A DNA stretch of 64,000 nt from positions 1-64,000 of the forward strand of contig NW_026250425.1 in assembly GCF_024521635.1 (NCBI RefSeq), in the 5' to 3' direction. Position numbers and translations under genes: made by a program. Below the pieces are notes generated by a model. The model was not told where the DNA came from, made no database searches, and was given only the letters and a program-made list of their open reading frames with translations. Positions 47,315 to 60,900 of the stretch are shown here, piece after piece (the first letter of the stretch is position 1; every line of letters starts with the position of its first letter). This DNA is from Tricharina praecox (lineage: Eukaryota).

Positions 47315-49642
47315 ATGTCTACCTTCAACAGCTCTTTTCGTATCCTACTCCTACTCCTCGCACTATGCGCGATCACGGCATACTGTGCGCCTTTAGCACA
47401 GCAGCCGGGTGAAGATTTCGTCGCTATAGTAACGGTAGCAACGGTCACCGTACAGCCGACCGGAGCATCCCGAAGTACCGGGGCACCCGAGCCGACCAGT
47501 ACTGGACTTAGGAGATATGTGCCGAACCCCAACAGACGCGGTACTGTGGGAATCCTGATGAGCTGCATTCTAACGTTAATCTTATGTGTCTGTGAGTAAT
47601 TATACTTCCATTGATCGATCCTTCCCCCCTCCCACCAACTCTGGCAAGCACTGAATAGCTTATTTTGGATTCTTTTACCATCTTGAAGGGACCACTGTCA
47701 ACGTCAATATCGAGCCAGCTGTCAAGCTCAGCGCGGAGCCTGGATGGATCGAGTGGATCGATCACCATCTGGCCAGACGAGCAGTTAGGAAGGTTGGATG
47801 GAGTCTCACTAGTCTTATCGTACCGGAAGCCACGCTGTCGGTGGCCGCTTTCGAAAGATGTACCGCGAAGCTACTTCAAATAAAGATGAAGAAAATTATC
47901 GGCAAATCAGGATCTCAGCAGGTTGTGATCCCACAGAGGACCGACGACCCCTCCCACCAACAGAAGGCTCCTCCGATGGTGACTGACGGAGTCGTACCGC
48001 CAGACGAGGGAAAAAACCCGAAGAAACTAACCCTCGAGCAATGGGAAGACTTAGCAATGTCGTATTACGCCATTATGGGAGGATTCAGGATTATCTACGA
48101 CCACGATGGAGATAATCTCAACAGGGAAGGGGTGGCACCTGCGCAAGAGGGCCCACAGGAGGATCCAAGAACCGAGCCCAGCGGGTATCCGCAGTACCAA
48201 GTCCAACCGGAGGCATCGCGACCGAACAACAAGGTAGTCAGCACCCCGGTGACAGGCACCCCAGTGATAGGCTCAGGCGCGGTGTGTGATTACGATACAT
48301 CCCCTCAAGGCTGTAAATGCCAGATCGGATTCCTGTCGAATATGACGCATGGCAATACGAAGAAATGCCCATGGTATGTTATGAATGCAAACACTCGCCA
48401 GTCGGCCGGCACACTCACCCCTCACGGTGTCATCTGGATGGCGGAGCAGGGATGGCTCCCCAATGTGTCCGCAAATTTTGTGAGGGACAAGTCCAAGGCC
48501 AACGCTCTGGCAAAGGTCCTGGTGTGTTTCCAGGCTTTCTGGATGATAATTCAGGCGATCGGACGAGTGGCCGCGAACCAATCCGTCACCTTACTCGAGC
48601 TCCACACCGTCTTGCACGCTGTATGTGCCGGAACGATGTACCTCACGGTACGTTACTATCCGAGAACTGTGATAGATTCACAGCATTTAAAGCGGCTCTA
48701 GCTGACAAACACCTTAGTGGTGGGACAAGCCTGTGGACATCGAGTTCCCGACTGAATTCTTCCTTACCAAGCATCAGTTCGAAGAGCTACAGAAAATCAG
48801 CCTGGACAAAGAGGGAACGCCAAATCCCACCAATCCTTTCTCGAAGGGAAAAATCCACTCTGGAGATGGCGGGGCTAGCGGAGATTGGGACAGCAAGTAC
48901 GTGACCTCGCGCGCGGGCCTCGGAGTTCTCCCATACCAGCAGCTGTCGGGCGAAAACAACATCTTGAGGAGTGTGGGCGAACTCGGTAACTCATTCCATC
49001 GCATCATCAGGGGTAGGGCGAATCTTGTGTGGGAGGGCACGTGCCTATGTACCGTGGGACTCATATACGGCGGCGTTCACCTCGCGACTTGGGAAAACTT
49101 TTTCGAGACCGAGGCCGAGCGGTACTTGTGGAAGGGAAGCGCCGTGGTTAGTGCTGCAGCGGTTGTGGGCTTCGTGTTGGAGCTGTGCATCGGCGCCTTG
49201 ATAAAATCGATCATCGATGCTAAGGTCGACGCAAAAAAAAGCAAAAAAAGCAAAAAAAGCAACACCAGAACAACAAGCAGCATTGGTAACTCCACAGCCA
49301 ACCGTCGGCGGCGAGAAAGCTACCAAGGATTCCCCCGATTTCGAAAAACACTCCATCAAGGACTCCATCAAGGATGTCAAACGCAACCCAACCGCGCCGT
49401 CCGGACAAGAGACTACCCCTATTAAGCGGCGCAAGAGGCCGGAAGAACTTGATCGTAAACGCGACATACTGCTCTGGAGTGTCTACAAAGGCTTTGTCGC
49501 AGTCACGTTTTACATTGGGATCATCATTGTCATCTTCGCCAGACTCTTCCTCTTGGTCGAGTCGTTCATTGCCTTGAGAGGACAGCCCGACGGAGCATAC
49601 GACACGGTGAATTGGGTCGAATCGGTGCCACATGCAGGGTGA
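47315..49642 (+). CDS. Uncharacterised multi-pass membrane protein, paralogue 2 (~719 aa if a +1 frameshift at 49231-49240 is corrected; otherwise a recent pseudogene)
   Basis: Exons 47315-47591, 47689-48647, 48718-49642. Same motifs and intron positions as paralogue 1. The conserved C-terminus (ARLFLLVESFIALRGQPDGAYDTVNW) lies in the +1 frame after GC-A8-GC-A7-GC-A7. Confidence 0.85.
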
Positions 49643-52600
49643 GGAACGGCTGGATCATGGGGCTTAGATTGGCTTGAGTTTCACGGGCTAGGAGAAATAG
49701 GGCTGGCGAATGTTCTTTGTTTGCTATTCCATCATGTTTTTGTTTGCTTCGATCCGAAGGTTCGATGATAATGGCTCGGGTTTTCTTTTTTTTCCTCAAA
49801 GTTGGTCATGGTGTGAAGGGAAATTGCAAATATGTTTAATATTCTTTGTCCCTTTGGGTTTTATATGTCTCGTGCCGTCACTCCAGTGATGACCACGCCG
49901 ACAACACTCGCCCAGGTGGATGGACCATGAAGCGTGGGACGGGGCAGTTGGACAGGCGGGAGAAGATAACAGTGGGACCCGGAGGATGATAGAATCAATT
50001 TTTGTTTTTTTTCATCATTGTAGCATTCGACCTTTGCAAATCACGGCTGTGTAAACGTCCGGTTCCACCCCACTATCTCCGACCGCTGGCCGCGAGCCCG
50101 ATGTAGGTTCCCTATTGCCCTTTGCCCGGATGATAGAGTCAATATGAATCACTCGGGAACGCATGTCAGTGCAAGAGATAATGCGAGTCATTTTTGATGA
50201 TTCCTTAACACTGTTATTATCGTTTCCTCTGCTCTTGATAGTTTGTAATACTTCCCATCCTCTCTGCTAGCCTACCTTCCCGCTGCCTAGACTACTTGAG
50301 ACACTCTCCTTCAGGTTCCCGGGCATGTTCCGATTTCCCGCTGTCACTATGCCTACCCCTCCGCCAACCTATCCTTGTTGAGGCGGTTTCAGACGGCATC
50401 ACAAGCATAGAGATCAACACAAGCATAAACCCATCTACGGCACGACTAAAGCCACTCTGAATGGCAACCACGAAGAACCCCAACACACGCCGCTACTAGC
50501 AATCTATTGCCATAGCCTGCGTGACAAATGTGAACGATTGTTAATGCGAGTGTGAATATCGATTGAAACTATGGAAAGGACAGTGTGTTACATACACAGC
50601 GAAGAAACTTAGAAATCGACAAAACTGGGTTCTTGGTGCCGAGTCCACATCTAGGCTCTTGATGCCGGATTCGCATCTAGGTTCTGCTATCCGCTCGCTC
50701 CCGGCGCTCCACCGCCGATTACTCGGCCGCCTACGGCGTCGCCAGAACCTACCTCAACAACGATTACCCCGGTTTACCTGATGACTACATGTGTACCACC
50801 TAGTACTTTTCATAGGCATCACCCTCGCACAGAAGGATTGTGATCACTGAATATCACTGTCAGGTACTTGATTGATTCCAATAGAAAAGCGACTTTTCAA
50901 CACGCAACTTCAAGCTTCGGTCTAATCGGATAATCAAAATCACGTACCTACCAAGCATGGTAGGAAACCTCGGATCGGGCAGGCTCTTGGAGACTAAAGT
51001 CACTTTGGCGACAAAGTCACTGGATGAGAGATCATGACCGGGCGCCGGCTGCGTCTCGGCCATGCGGACTGTACAGGTACATACGAGGACACACTATCTC
51101 CGCACTCCGGATACATGAGGAAACAATAGAAAAAGTGACCCCCACTCTTCTCCTCGGCCCTGTAGCATGGGTAGGTCGCCGCCTTGCATGGCCATCATCG
51201 CAGACCCGCACCAGCTCGTCCGCAGCCTTCCTCTCCAGCCGTCGGCTACTTTCCGCCATGCAAGACCGCTCCCAACGTCCTTAGAGTACCTAGGTAAGTA
51301 CTTAGCACTTCCCCGCGCTCATCTCGCCCTCCAAGCCCACATATATACATACATTGTAACCGCAATGCAGATCCCCGCTACGCCGATCTTCCCCACAACC
51401 CAACCCTGTTTGGTGTTTCGCCAACTCCCGTGATCCGTGGCCTAATTAGCGACCTGATTGGTAGGAGAACGTCTCCCGCGATCGGAAACGGATCTGGCGA
51501 CGCTGGAGGATATTACGCGGGCTCAGGTTAGTTTTCGGCACAAGCAGACCGTACTGCGCAAAAACCTCAAGAACTTCAAGAACCTACTCTGCCTCGCGCA
51601 ATTCCGACACATATGTAAAGTACCTACTCTACTCCAAGTGGGAGGGGTAACCGGCTTCTTCCACCATGCCATACCGCACCTACCTACGACAGGCACCTAC
51701 CGTAAAAGCCAGCGGCCTATCGCTGCCGTCATGGTGATGTAGCATGTGCGTGTGTGTGTATGTGTGTGTTGTCGTGTGTGTGTGTGGAAACCACCCGCAA
51801 TCATAGAATAGAGTACTCGTGTACTGCTACTCTACAGATACAGATACCAGCCGCCTATGAGAGTTCATACCCCTCTACCGGATCTACAGCGCTCCACCGC
51901 CGCCGCCCACTAGACAATGAACATCCCCGATTCCCGATGCGCGAGATGCAAGCGAGTGATATATCGTGACTTTCGTCCTGCTGTCCTTCCATGCTCCTCC
52001 TTCCGCTCCGCGAGTCCACCTTGCGGTCTTGATGGTTGAGATGGTTCAGATAGTTGAGATGGTTGACACGAGGCTTGTATTGTGAGTGGGCTGCTTTCCT
52101 TCGTTCTTCAGGACTACGTCCTATCAGCATACCCATCTATGTACCTATACCCAAGTAAGCACTTACTTATAGGGATAAATCCACGTGCAGAACCACAGCC
52201 CACAGCCCACGGGCTGGGCGGAGAGCAATAGGGAACCCACATCGAGCTCGTGGCCAGCGGTCGGAGACGGTGGGGTAGAACCCGATATGTGTAGACAGCT
52301 ATGATCTGATAAGGCCGAATACCTACTACGATGATGAAACAAAACAAAAACCACCACAGCCCACGTAATCCAGTCTCGCATCTATTTACATCATCGATAT
52401 AGCGATAGTACTATCGTAATCTGATTGAAATGTCACACAAACCACAAATAGTACAGTGGTGCATTTCGATATTTCAATACATGTTCCATCCATCCAAGCC
52501 AGAAATCCGGAAACAAAACGTCCAAAAGTCCAAAAGTCCAAAAGACAGTAACTACAGTACAAGCGCAAGTGTAAGTGCAGAAAACGCACGGCGTCACTAA

Positions 52601-53065
52601 CCAACCAAAGTAATAGTCGCGGCGCGGCCGCTGAGATGAAAAAAAATCTCCGAAACAAAGAGATCGTGAAAGAATGTGTCATCATAAACCACCCCTCCCC
52701 GCCTTTCGCACGCACCGCAAAAAAAAAAAAAAACTCCAGCCTTCACCTTCATAAGATCGTAACGTGTCATCCACATACATCCGCGAGAAAGCAATAACCA
52801 CCCGTCGTCCGTCCGTCGCAGCTACAATGATCCCCGCCCCGCCGCCGCCCGCCCCGCCCCGCCCGCCGCCGCCCCCGCGCACGAAACACAATCATTATCG
52901 TTACCGAACATGAGCACCATACATCGTCGTCGCCGTCGTCTTCTACTTTTAATCGTACAACATTCAATCGCAACCACAATCGCAACCACAATTGCAACCA
53001 CAACCACAACCACAACCACAGCCAACTCATCACTGTCCCCCGTACTCGACACGACCGATCCTCCA

Positions 53066-54946
53066 CTAATCCCTCCCGCGCTCCACGAACGGACTTCCCA
53101 GCCTCCTCGGTCCAGCGCCCATGTCCAACTCTCCCTCGAACTGCGCATCCCGCATCGTCGTCGGACTGCTCATGTCGCCCTCGTAGCTGACGGGGCCGGT
53201 AACTGTCAACAGCGGCGCACTGGGCCTGGGCGTGGTCGTCGGCCTCCTCCTCGTTCCGAGCGGATTCGTGCCGGCGGAGACGGTGTACCCCCTCGTCCTC
53301 GTCCGGGGGAGAGCGGCGGCGGCGGCGGTAGCGGCGGCCACGATTGGCGATGGCTTCTCGTCGCCGAAGAGGTCGACGAGTGTCTTCCTTCGCGGACGGG
53401 TCCGGGGTGCTGGCGGTGCCGGGCCGGCGGGCTCTGCTTCCTCATCTTCAGCGCGGTTCAGTCTTCGTGGCCATGTACCATAGGGCGACCGGGAAGATTT
53501 AAGCTCCAGCGGAGGTAGGAGGGAAGGGGTGTTACTGTCGAGCGAGAGCTGGCGATGATGCCGTCGGACTGGGGAGCGCTCCCGCTTAATGATGCTGCTG
53601 CTACTGCTGCTGCTGCCGCCGTTGCCACTGGCCGTCTTTTTCAACGCGAAGGCACTACTGATCTCGAAGCCGAGACCTAGCGGTCCCGTCGAAAGCGGGT
53701 TCCGTTGGAGCTCCTCGGATGCGGTGGACGCGCTCGCGATGCGTTCGGCGATGCCGCCGAACTGGCCACCAAACTGGAAGACCTGTCGAGCCGGCATGTG
53801 GACGTCGCGGCCGGCCGCAAGGGAGGCCAATGCGCCGGTCGGTCGCATCGAGGACGCCGTGCTGGTGGTGAGTGAGAGCGCCATGTTGCGGGTGGTCGAG
53901 AACGCGTCGCGGGAGGCAGGCGTCGTGAAGCCTCCAGGTCCTCCGAATAGCGACGGTGGAATCCGGCTGGTTGCGCGCGATCCGGTATCGTCTCCGGCGG
54001 CGGTGCCGCGCTGCTGCTGGTGGAAGTGGTATGGGTTCTTGGCCGCGGGGCCGTAGTTTTCCCTGCAGAGCTCGCGCAGACGGCGTCGCGTCGAGGACTC
54101 CGAGGCCGTCCAGGTGTAGGGCGTGCCCATGCGCATGGCATCGCCGCGATTGCTGGTCTCGGCGGCGGGGACGGGTGTGCGCTGCCTCGTCCGGGGTCGC
54201 GGCGTTGTTGCTGCGGCAGCGGGCGCGTAGTCGCCGCGAAGCTTGGCGTCCTTCCAGCTCTTCTTTGTCTCGCGCGCAACCTTGTAGCAGACACCGAGCG
54301 GCGGGACCTGGCCGGGGAGGACGAAGAAGGGCGTGATCTTGGGATCCTGCTGGTACAACGCATACGTCCTCCAGAGGTGGGCATCCATCGCGTCCGTCCA
54401 CTTTGTCTTCCGCTTGCGTCCGGAAGAACGCGCCGGTTCTTTGCCCTTGCCTCTACCTCCAGGCATGGTCTGCCGCTCTGGCATGGCCGAAAGGAGATAC
54501 CCGTCCATGTCTCTGGGCTTCCGCTTTGGCGTTTCGTCGACGGGACAGTAGCCGCCGTCCTCGTCCTCGATGCTGGTACAGCTTCCGTCGGCGGTGGTGT
54601 ACGTGGTATTGCTGTCGACCGAAGAGTCCGAAGAGCAGGAGTACGACGAACAGGTCGAGTTGGGACGCGTTATTGCCATCCCCGAGTGGAGCATGGCAGC
54701 ATCAACGTCTTCCTCGATGTCGGATTCCTCGAACGACACGTGTGCCTTCGCCAACGGGGTTCGGGGAGGCCCGTTCACCGTGCGACGAGGCTTAGGGGTT
54801 CGGGGAACAGGCGATTCCAGCGGCGGTGGAGTGGAGTGGCGAGTCCCGGATCCAGGGAAACCGGTGGAGAGAAACGACGGCAGGAGGGACGGGGCGGCAG
54901 CCTTGGGGGTGACGTCCCCAGAGTTGGATGAAGCGGGACTGGGCAT
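53066..54946 (-). CDS. Uncharacterised, largely disordered Ser/Pro/Thr-rich protein with a Myb/SANT-like conserved island, 626 aa
   Basis: Single long ORF. Basic NLS-like GRKRKTK precedes WTDAMDAHLWRTYALYQQDPKITPF..PPLGVCYKVARETKKSW and TRRRLRELC. Many S/T-P sites; ends RLGSPF. Confidence 0.85.
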   Translation of the reverse strand: MPSPASSNSGDVTPKAAAPSLLPSFLSTGFPGSGTRHSTPPPLESPVPRTPKPRRTVNGPPRTPLAKAHVSFEESDIEEDVDAAMLHSGMAITRPNSTCSSYSCSSDSSVDSNTTYTTADGSCTSIEDEDGGYCPVDETPKRKPRDMDGYLLSAMPERQTMPGGRGKGKEPARSSGRKRKTKWTDAMDAHLWRTYALYQQDPKITPFFVLPGQVPPLGVCYKVARETKKSWKDAKLRGDYAPAAAATTPRPRTRQRTPVPAAETSNRGDAMRMGTPYTWTASESSTRRRLRELCRENYGPAAKNPYHFHQQQRGTAAGDDTGSRATSRIPPSLFGGPGGFTTPASRDAFSTTRNMALSLTTSTASSMRPTGALASLAAGRDVHMPARQVFQFGGQFGGIAERIASASTASEELQRNPLSTGPLGLGFEISSAFALKKTASGNGGSSSSSSSIIKRERSPVRRHHRQLSLDSNTPSLLPPLELKSSRSPYGTWPRRLNRAEDEEAEPAGPAPPAPRTRPRRKTLVDLFGDEKPSPIVAAATAAAAALPRTRTRGYTVSAGTNPLGTRRRPTTTPRPSAPLLTVTGPVSYEGDMSSPTTMRDAQFEGELDMGAGPRRLGSPFVERGRD

Positions 54947-57900
54947 CGTGACCGAGATTGTTTGGCGGATGCAGTGGTTATCGAAGCTTTAGAGTATTAA
55001 GGGGGGAAGGGGTTGCAACGGGTATTGTACGAATAGAAGCCCAAAGGAAAAACGGAAAATAGATATGTAGAGAGATATGTACTACACGGGGGAAAGGGAA
55101 AGCCGCTGTGTGTCCGAGTCTCGAATGTTCAGGCGCTTTGTACTGTTGCTGCCGATTACGTCGGGGAAAAGCAACAACGAGAGCAGCAGGAGTCAAAGCG
55201 AACACCAGGAAGCGCGATGCAATATTATACTGTCGATGAATGACAACCGAGACCGAACGAATACCTGTCGTCCAACGAGAATGCCGCGGGGAAGTCGCAA
55301 AGCAATTTAGGGGTATATAGTGACTGGAGGTCGTTTTTCGAGTTCAATCGAACCGGACACCGAAAACGCGGAAGCTGGAAAACAAATCAAGAAACCTCGA
55401 GAAAAGAGTGTCCGAGAGGAAGTATATAGTATGTATAGGGTAGTCGTAGTCGTTGAGGGTACGTTATCGAGTCGTTGAATTGGCCGTTAAATCAGCGCGC
55501 GTGCATCAAAATTATGTATATGGTTTGTAGTGAATGAACTGGCTCGTGGGGGTGGCGAGCGCTCCTCTTTCGCGATGAGGTAACCACAACAGCGAATGGA
55601 ATTGAGTTCGTCGGGGCCGAGCGTGATGGATGGATATGGTTATGCCGGTTGCTGAGAATCGGCGGTGGAAAGGGGACTCTGGCGGAAAGAACGAGGGTTT
55701 GAATGGGGAAGAGGACACTCGATCTTGGGGTGGACACGAGAGGGGGAAGGAGGAGAAGGCGGAGGGAGGAGAGGATAAGGAGGAAGAATGAATCGCGAGT
55801 CTGAGCGCGTTGTGGTCGTGTCTGCCGGTTGAGACAAGGGCGGCAAGGGGAATTATTGGCCGTTGGATGGACAGTGCTGAGTGGACAGGGGATGTAGAGT
55901 AGGATAGGAATCTAGGGGCGAGGGGAAATGCGGGTGCGAAAGGGTGGCCAGGAGTGCTAGTCACTAGTAGTTAATGACCAGTTACAACTGACTATTCGTA
56001 GCTAGTAATAATGGCTCGTTTCGTATCGCGATTGTTTATCTATGGGCTGTGCTGCTGGAGGGCTAAGGACGGAGCTCAGGTTTGCGCGGGCAACGGCCCT
56101 TCTCGGGACGATCGAGGCGAGAAACGGCCGCGACGATACTGATCTGCGTGCGGAAGGGAGGACTGTCGCGGCACGCGAAGGATGAGCTATACTGGTAGTA
56201 TAACTAGTAGCGGACCGGAGGGCGGCCGCGGGGAATCGGGATGAGGGCGCGATAGTATGTTGTTTTGAATCCCGGCGTGTCGAAGGGGCCGAATACAAGC
56301 TCACCGAACGGCAGTCGTGCGCGTTGCAGACCACAGCAGATGGGACGGACGGCAATCCGATGTTATTATGTACCCGGTCGGACTGACTGACTGTCGGGCG
56401 ACGTGCTTGATCTCAGCAATGTCCAATGTCCAGTGTCCAGCAGCAAAACCTCTGGTCAACCGGGAAGGGAGAGAGATATGGGAGTGTGGAAGGGAATTTA
56501 CCGACCAGAACACCACCACCCTCACCACCGCCGATGCAGTGCACTCCACTCTATTGAGTAGGTACCGTGGACTTCACCCAATACCTATGACCAGGCCGGA
56601 CAACAGGAGAGACAAGGGCGGCCAGTGAGCGAAGGGGGGCGGAGAACTGACGGCTGGTTGCGTGTTTACCACGAAGGAGCGGACCAAGGGGCAAACGCAC
56701 GGTTGAGCGGGGATGGGCCGGGGCGGGGATGGGGACAGGGGAAACGGAGAGTAACGGGGGAAGGGGATGGTACGACGAGTGAGGGGAAGGGAAGGAAGAG
56801 GACGAAGAAGGTTAGCGGCGGCGAGCCTGTGATCGTTGATTGATATGGGGTTGCTCGTACATAAGAGGGGGGAACTAGGGTGGGATACCTAGCCACCAGA
56901 TCCGCTGCAGAGTGCGAGGCAGGTCCTGATCACTCGCCCGTCATCATGGGTATATGGACAAAAGTCGAGTTCCTACTTAGGTATGTAACCAACGGCCGGA
57001 GAAACAACACAAGCCCACTAGAGCAACCTGAAGATCCTACGTCCATATGTACTAGTGTCTACCTATCCTCCAGGCTGAGCCGCTGAGGACTCCTCTATGT
57101 ACATGTTCTAAATCAGGAGTTAACCCATAGCCCACGACCCCCGGTGATTCGGCGAATTCACCGCTGAAAGAATGGCGGGTGGGCTTTTTTCCGCTTCTTT
57201 TATTCTCGCCCTTCCTTCTCGTAAGGGGAGCAAACAATCCTGTACCTGTTGCAACGCGGTGATGACATACGGTAGGTACCCAGGCCAGGTACCGTGGAGC
57301 ACATGGACCGAGTACTCGACAAGTACATACCTCATCCATTCACTGCGGATTCCGGAGCAGGTAACTCAAGTACCTACTAAGACAGCAGCTACCAGTTATG
57401 GTGAACTCACGGCGTTCGATACTATATAACTAGTAGTAGTCTTCAGGCTCGAACTTCGCGCTGCGAACCTCTGCAACCACAAGTGCTTATGTAAATATAG
57501 AGTGCCATGCAAGGTCCTGGGTAGCGGCGACAGCAGTGCTAGGAATAGGTAGTAGACTTGGATGCCTTCCGTCTCATTTTGGCAGTATTCCAGGCATGAT
57601 GCGGCCGGAGCATTACCGTAAGAGAGAGCCACCTCCCCTTCCCTCCATCACGATGTGCTGGAGAGTGCAGAGAGGAGGGCGAGGTGAGCAGGCCGGCACA
57701 GTAGATGGTCTATAGAGCACTTAGATATAGGTAATAGTAGTTGGGTACATACTTAACTACTCAGGCTAGGTAGGTATCTACAGATGAGAAACAAAAAGCA
57801 CAGACTGGTGACGGATATCGATCTGTCGTTCGCTCGCTTGCGATCGAGTGAGCGGGAGCGGGGGGGTGGGCTCCATTTAGTTCGTGCGGTGCGGGCCGGG

Positions 57901-60900
57901 CGGGCCGGCTGGTCGGGGGATGGGCAATTCTAACAAATGCCCGCCCGCCCGCCCGCTCCCGCACGCGCGCTGGAAAGGAAAAAAGAAAAAATACAACCAA
58001 ACCGAAATGTCAACAAACACGTTGTGCTCCCGTCCGGATCTGGGTGTTTCCCTCTCTGGCGATGGATGGATGGGATGGATGTTTATGGGCAGGCGTGCAA
58101 AAACGCGACGTTTCCGCATGAGTCCCGTGCATGCGCCTACATAGCGACACGACGGAAAGAAAAGAAAAACAATGGAAGGAAAAAAGCCGCGAATAGGTGA
58201 CGAAAAGGGGAAAAGAAGAAGAAGAAGAAGGCAAAATGCTGGAAGTGAGAAGCGCGACTTCGAGTGCACTCTGGCTCAAACTGTAATTAATTGTTAATCT
58301 GCACCCTGCAGGGTTTTGGATGTTGACAGTTGAGCGCCAGATCTCGTCGAGTGGCGTCGTGGCGGGTTCATGAGTGTGCAGTGAACTTTCAAGTCGGGGA
58401 AATTTTATACCACGAGGAGGATGGGGATGAAGAGGATGAGGAGGAGCCTGCGGACGATGCGAATTGTGGAGGTGATGTGAAAAACATGACGAAGTTATGA
58501 AGAGATCAGTTCGAGTGAGTGAATCAAAGCTCTTCGGGGTCCAGTCCGAGTGAGTGCTGATTCGTATCACGTCAGCGAGGAGCCATTCCATGTTATTTGC
58601 ATAGGTAAGTATCTACCTATATTGACACTGCAAAGCTCGCAGATTTAAATCTTCATAGATACATAGTCACATCAAGTCTGACAGGTTTGGAAAAAGCATC
58701 GGTATCGGTCCCGCCGATAATCCACACTCGTGAAACCGATTTCACGTAGAACATCCCACCGACCAGCCTCAACAACAATAGCAACAACATTCGCAGTGAG
58801 ACGAGAGCATCCCTTGTCACGACTCACGACGCTATTGTCGGTCACGTGAATCCATAGTACCAGTAGTCTAGATTGGAATCCATGGCAACCTCTCAATCGA
58901 AATGCCCCAACCAGGCCGAAGAGCTTCTTTAACAAACACAGAGACCCCTCGCTTCATCCACTTCGCTCCAAGTTATTTGCGCACACACGGCGTAGGAAGT
59001 AATTGCGCATTTCCGTCGCCTCCGTCCCCAGCCTCCCCATATATACATAATATACATACGGAACGAGAAGGATGCGGGTGCGCACACGGGTCCCGCAAGA
59101 ATCCCAGTGGCCCGTGTGCCCAATCCCGCTCTTGTGCGACCAAACATTCCCTCCCTCCCTCGGCCAAACATATCTCTCCTGCCCGCCTGCCTGTCGCGAT
59201 GGTACCATACATACACTCCACCGGCTACGTGTATAATATGTACCTCTCACTCTACATACATCCCCGTGCCAACGACACCTGGAGGATTCCATTCGCTGAT
59301 GTATCATGCAACACTGATCAGCCCATCTGCCCTGCCCTGCGCCGTGCAGCGCGCACAGGATAGGCGCCCGCCGCCCGCCGCCCGCAGCGAGGCGTGACAT
59401 CACTGTGTGTGGACATGTACTTACTCTATGTAGCCCTATTCCGTGCGGCCGCACCTCTTACTCCACACGTACTCCCCACATCATCGTGTGCTCTACATAC
59501 ATCAGGCAAATTAGAGCATTTCCGCACCTCAATTGTAGATACATACATGGAGTACAGGTGGGTGCTCACTGCTTACGGTATCACAGGACTCTAGGATTCG
59601 TGGCGCCTGGGTAGTACATATGTATCACGCGTGGGCAGCGCGCTCAATGCCCAACCACGGTCCTGGCGGCGGCGGCGGCGGCACAGCAGCAGTGGACAAC
59701 TCATTTTCATGTACCCCCCACATAGTACAGCTTGTGTGCAGAAAAAAACGCGAGAAATCACCGGATTAAGCCCTACGGCCGCACGGCGGTCAGGAGAGGG
59801 GAGGGGGAAAGTAGAAGACGTCTCCGTCACTTGTTTTGGAAGAAAACATCTGGGACAGTGGGACGCAGCTCAAAGACTACGAAGGTTTCCCCCGCAACAA
59901 ATGGCAGGGATGGGCCATGGTGCCGCTCCGCCCGGGGCAAACGGGGACTACCAGGAATGTACCTATCGGACGCGGTCGGCAAGCATTGGCTATCACTCGC
60001 CCTCCTCCCCCACCGAGAGAACTCCAGCGAGTTGAGTTTGCCTGGATGGCGACGGAAATAACTACTCTAGGTAGTAGGCACATCTGCATGTACGGATCTC
60101 CAACTTCTAAGTCTGCTTGATTCGTCGCGTTATCCATTATCGAATCACATTATGCGGGGGCGGGAAGTGACGGAGTGCGGCGGCGGGCGGACGTCGACAA
60201 CATGCAATGCAAGCACGGCTGGCCGGCGTCCTTTCACCTCCACCCACTATCTACGTCACTCAGGAAAAATTCATGAGGATCGAAAGTTGGCCTGTAACGC
60301 AAGAGTGAATGTGCAGCGCCGCGTGGGGATTGTTTTTGTTTTTGACGTGACGGATGGAGCACATGATATCACTCGGTTGCATCACCTGACACGCCTTGCG
60401 CTGCCGGGTTTTTTTGGTTTAAGTTATCATTGCATTCGAACTTAACAAATCATGGCAGGCTATATATCCGTATCCAACTCACTATCACCGATCACTGTCA
60501 CCGATCACTGGCCACGAGCTCGATATTGGTTCTCCATTGCTCTCCGCTTAACCCTCCCGGCTCAACCCTCTCCGCTGCCCACGCTGCCGGCTGTGTACGT
60601 AGGTAGGGGAGAATCGGTAAGTACTGAGAGACCCAAAAACAAGTGAAGGAACAAAATCGTGATCAATTGGACTAAAGGACTTTCTTGATGATGATGAAAA
60701 CAAAACGAGACGAGCAAGCACAACAGAAGTAGTCACAGCAAGATAAATAAACGTTCGACGCCCCCCATCGAGTTTCCCATCAAAGACGACTGGCATCACC
60801 CCAAAGACAGCTGGTCTCGCCAGGTCTGTATGATACCAAGTCCCGCTCCTCCATCCGTCTGTCCCATTCAAGTCCAACAAAGTCCCACTCAGACCCGATA

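Noticed and set aside
53206..54992. Many long antisense and alternate-frame ORFs over real genes (also over the CSC1, PTH11-like and 683-aa genes)
   Set aside because: Shadow ORFs caused by GC-rich codon usage.
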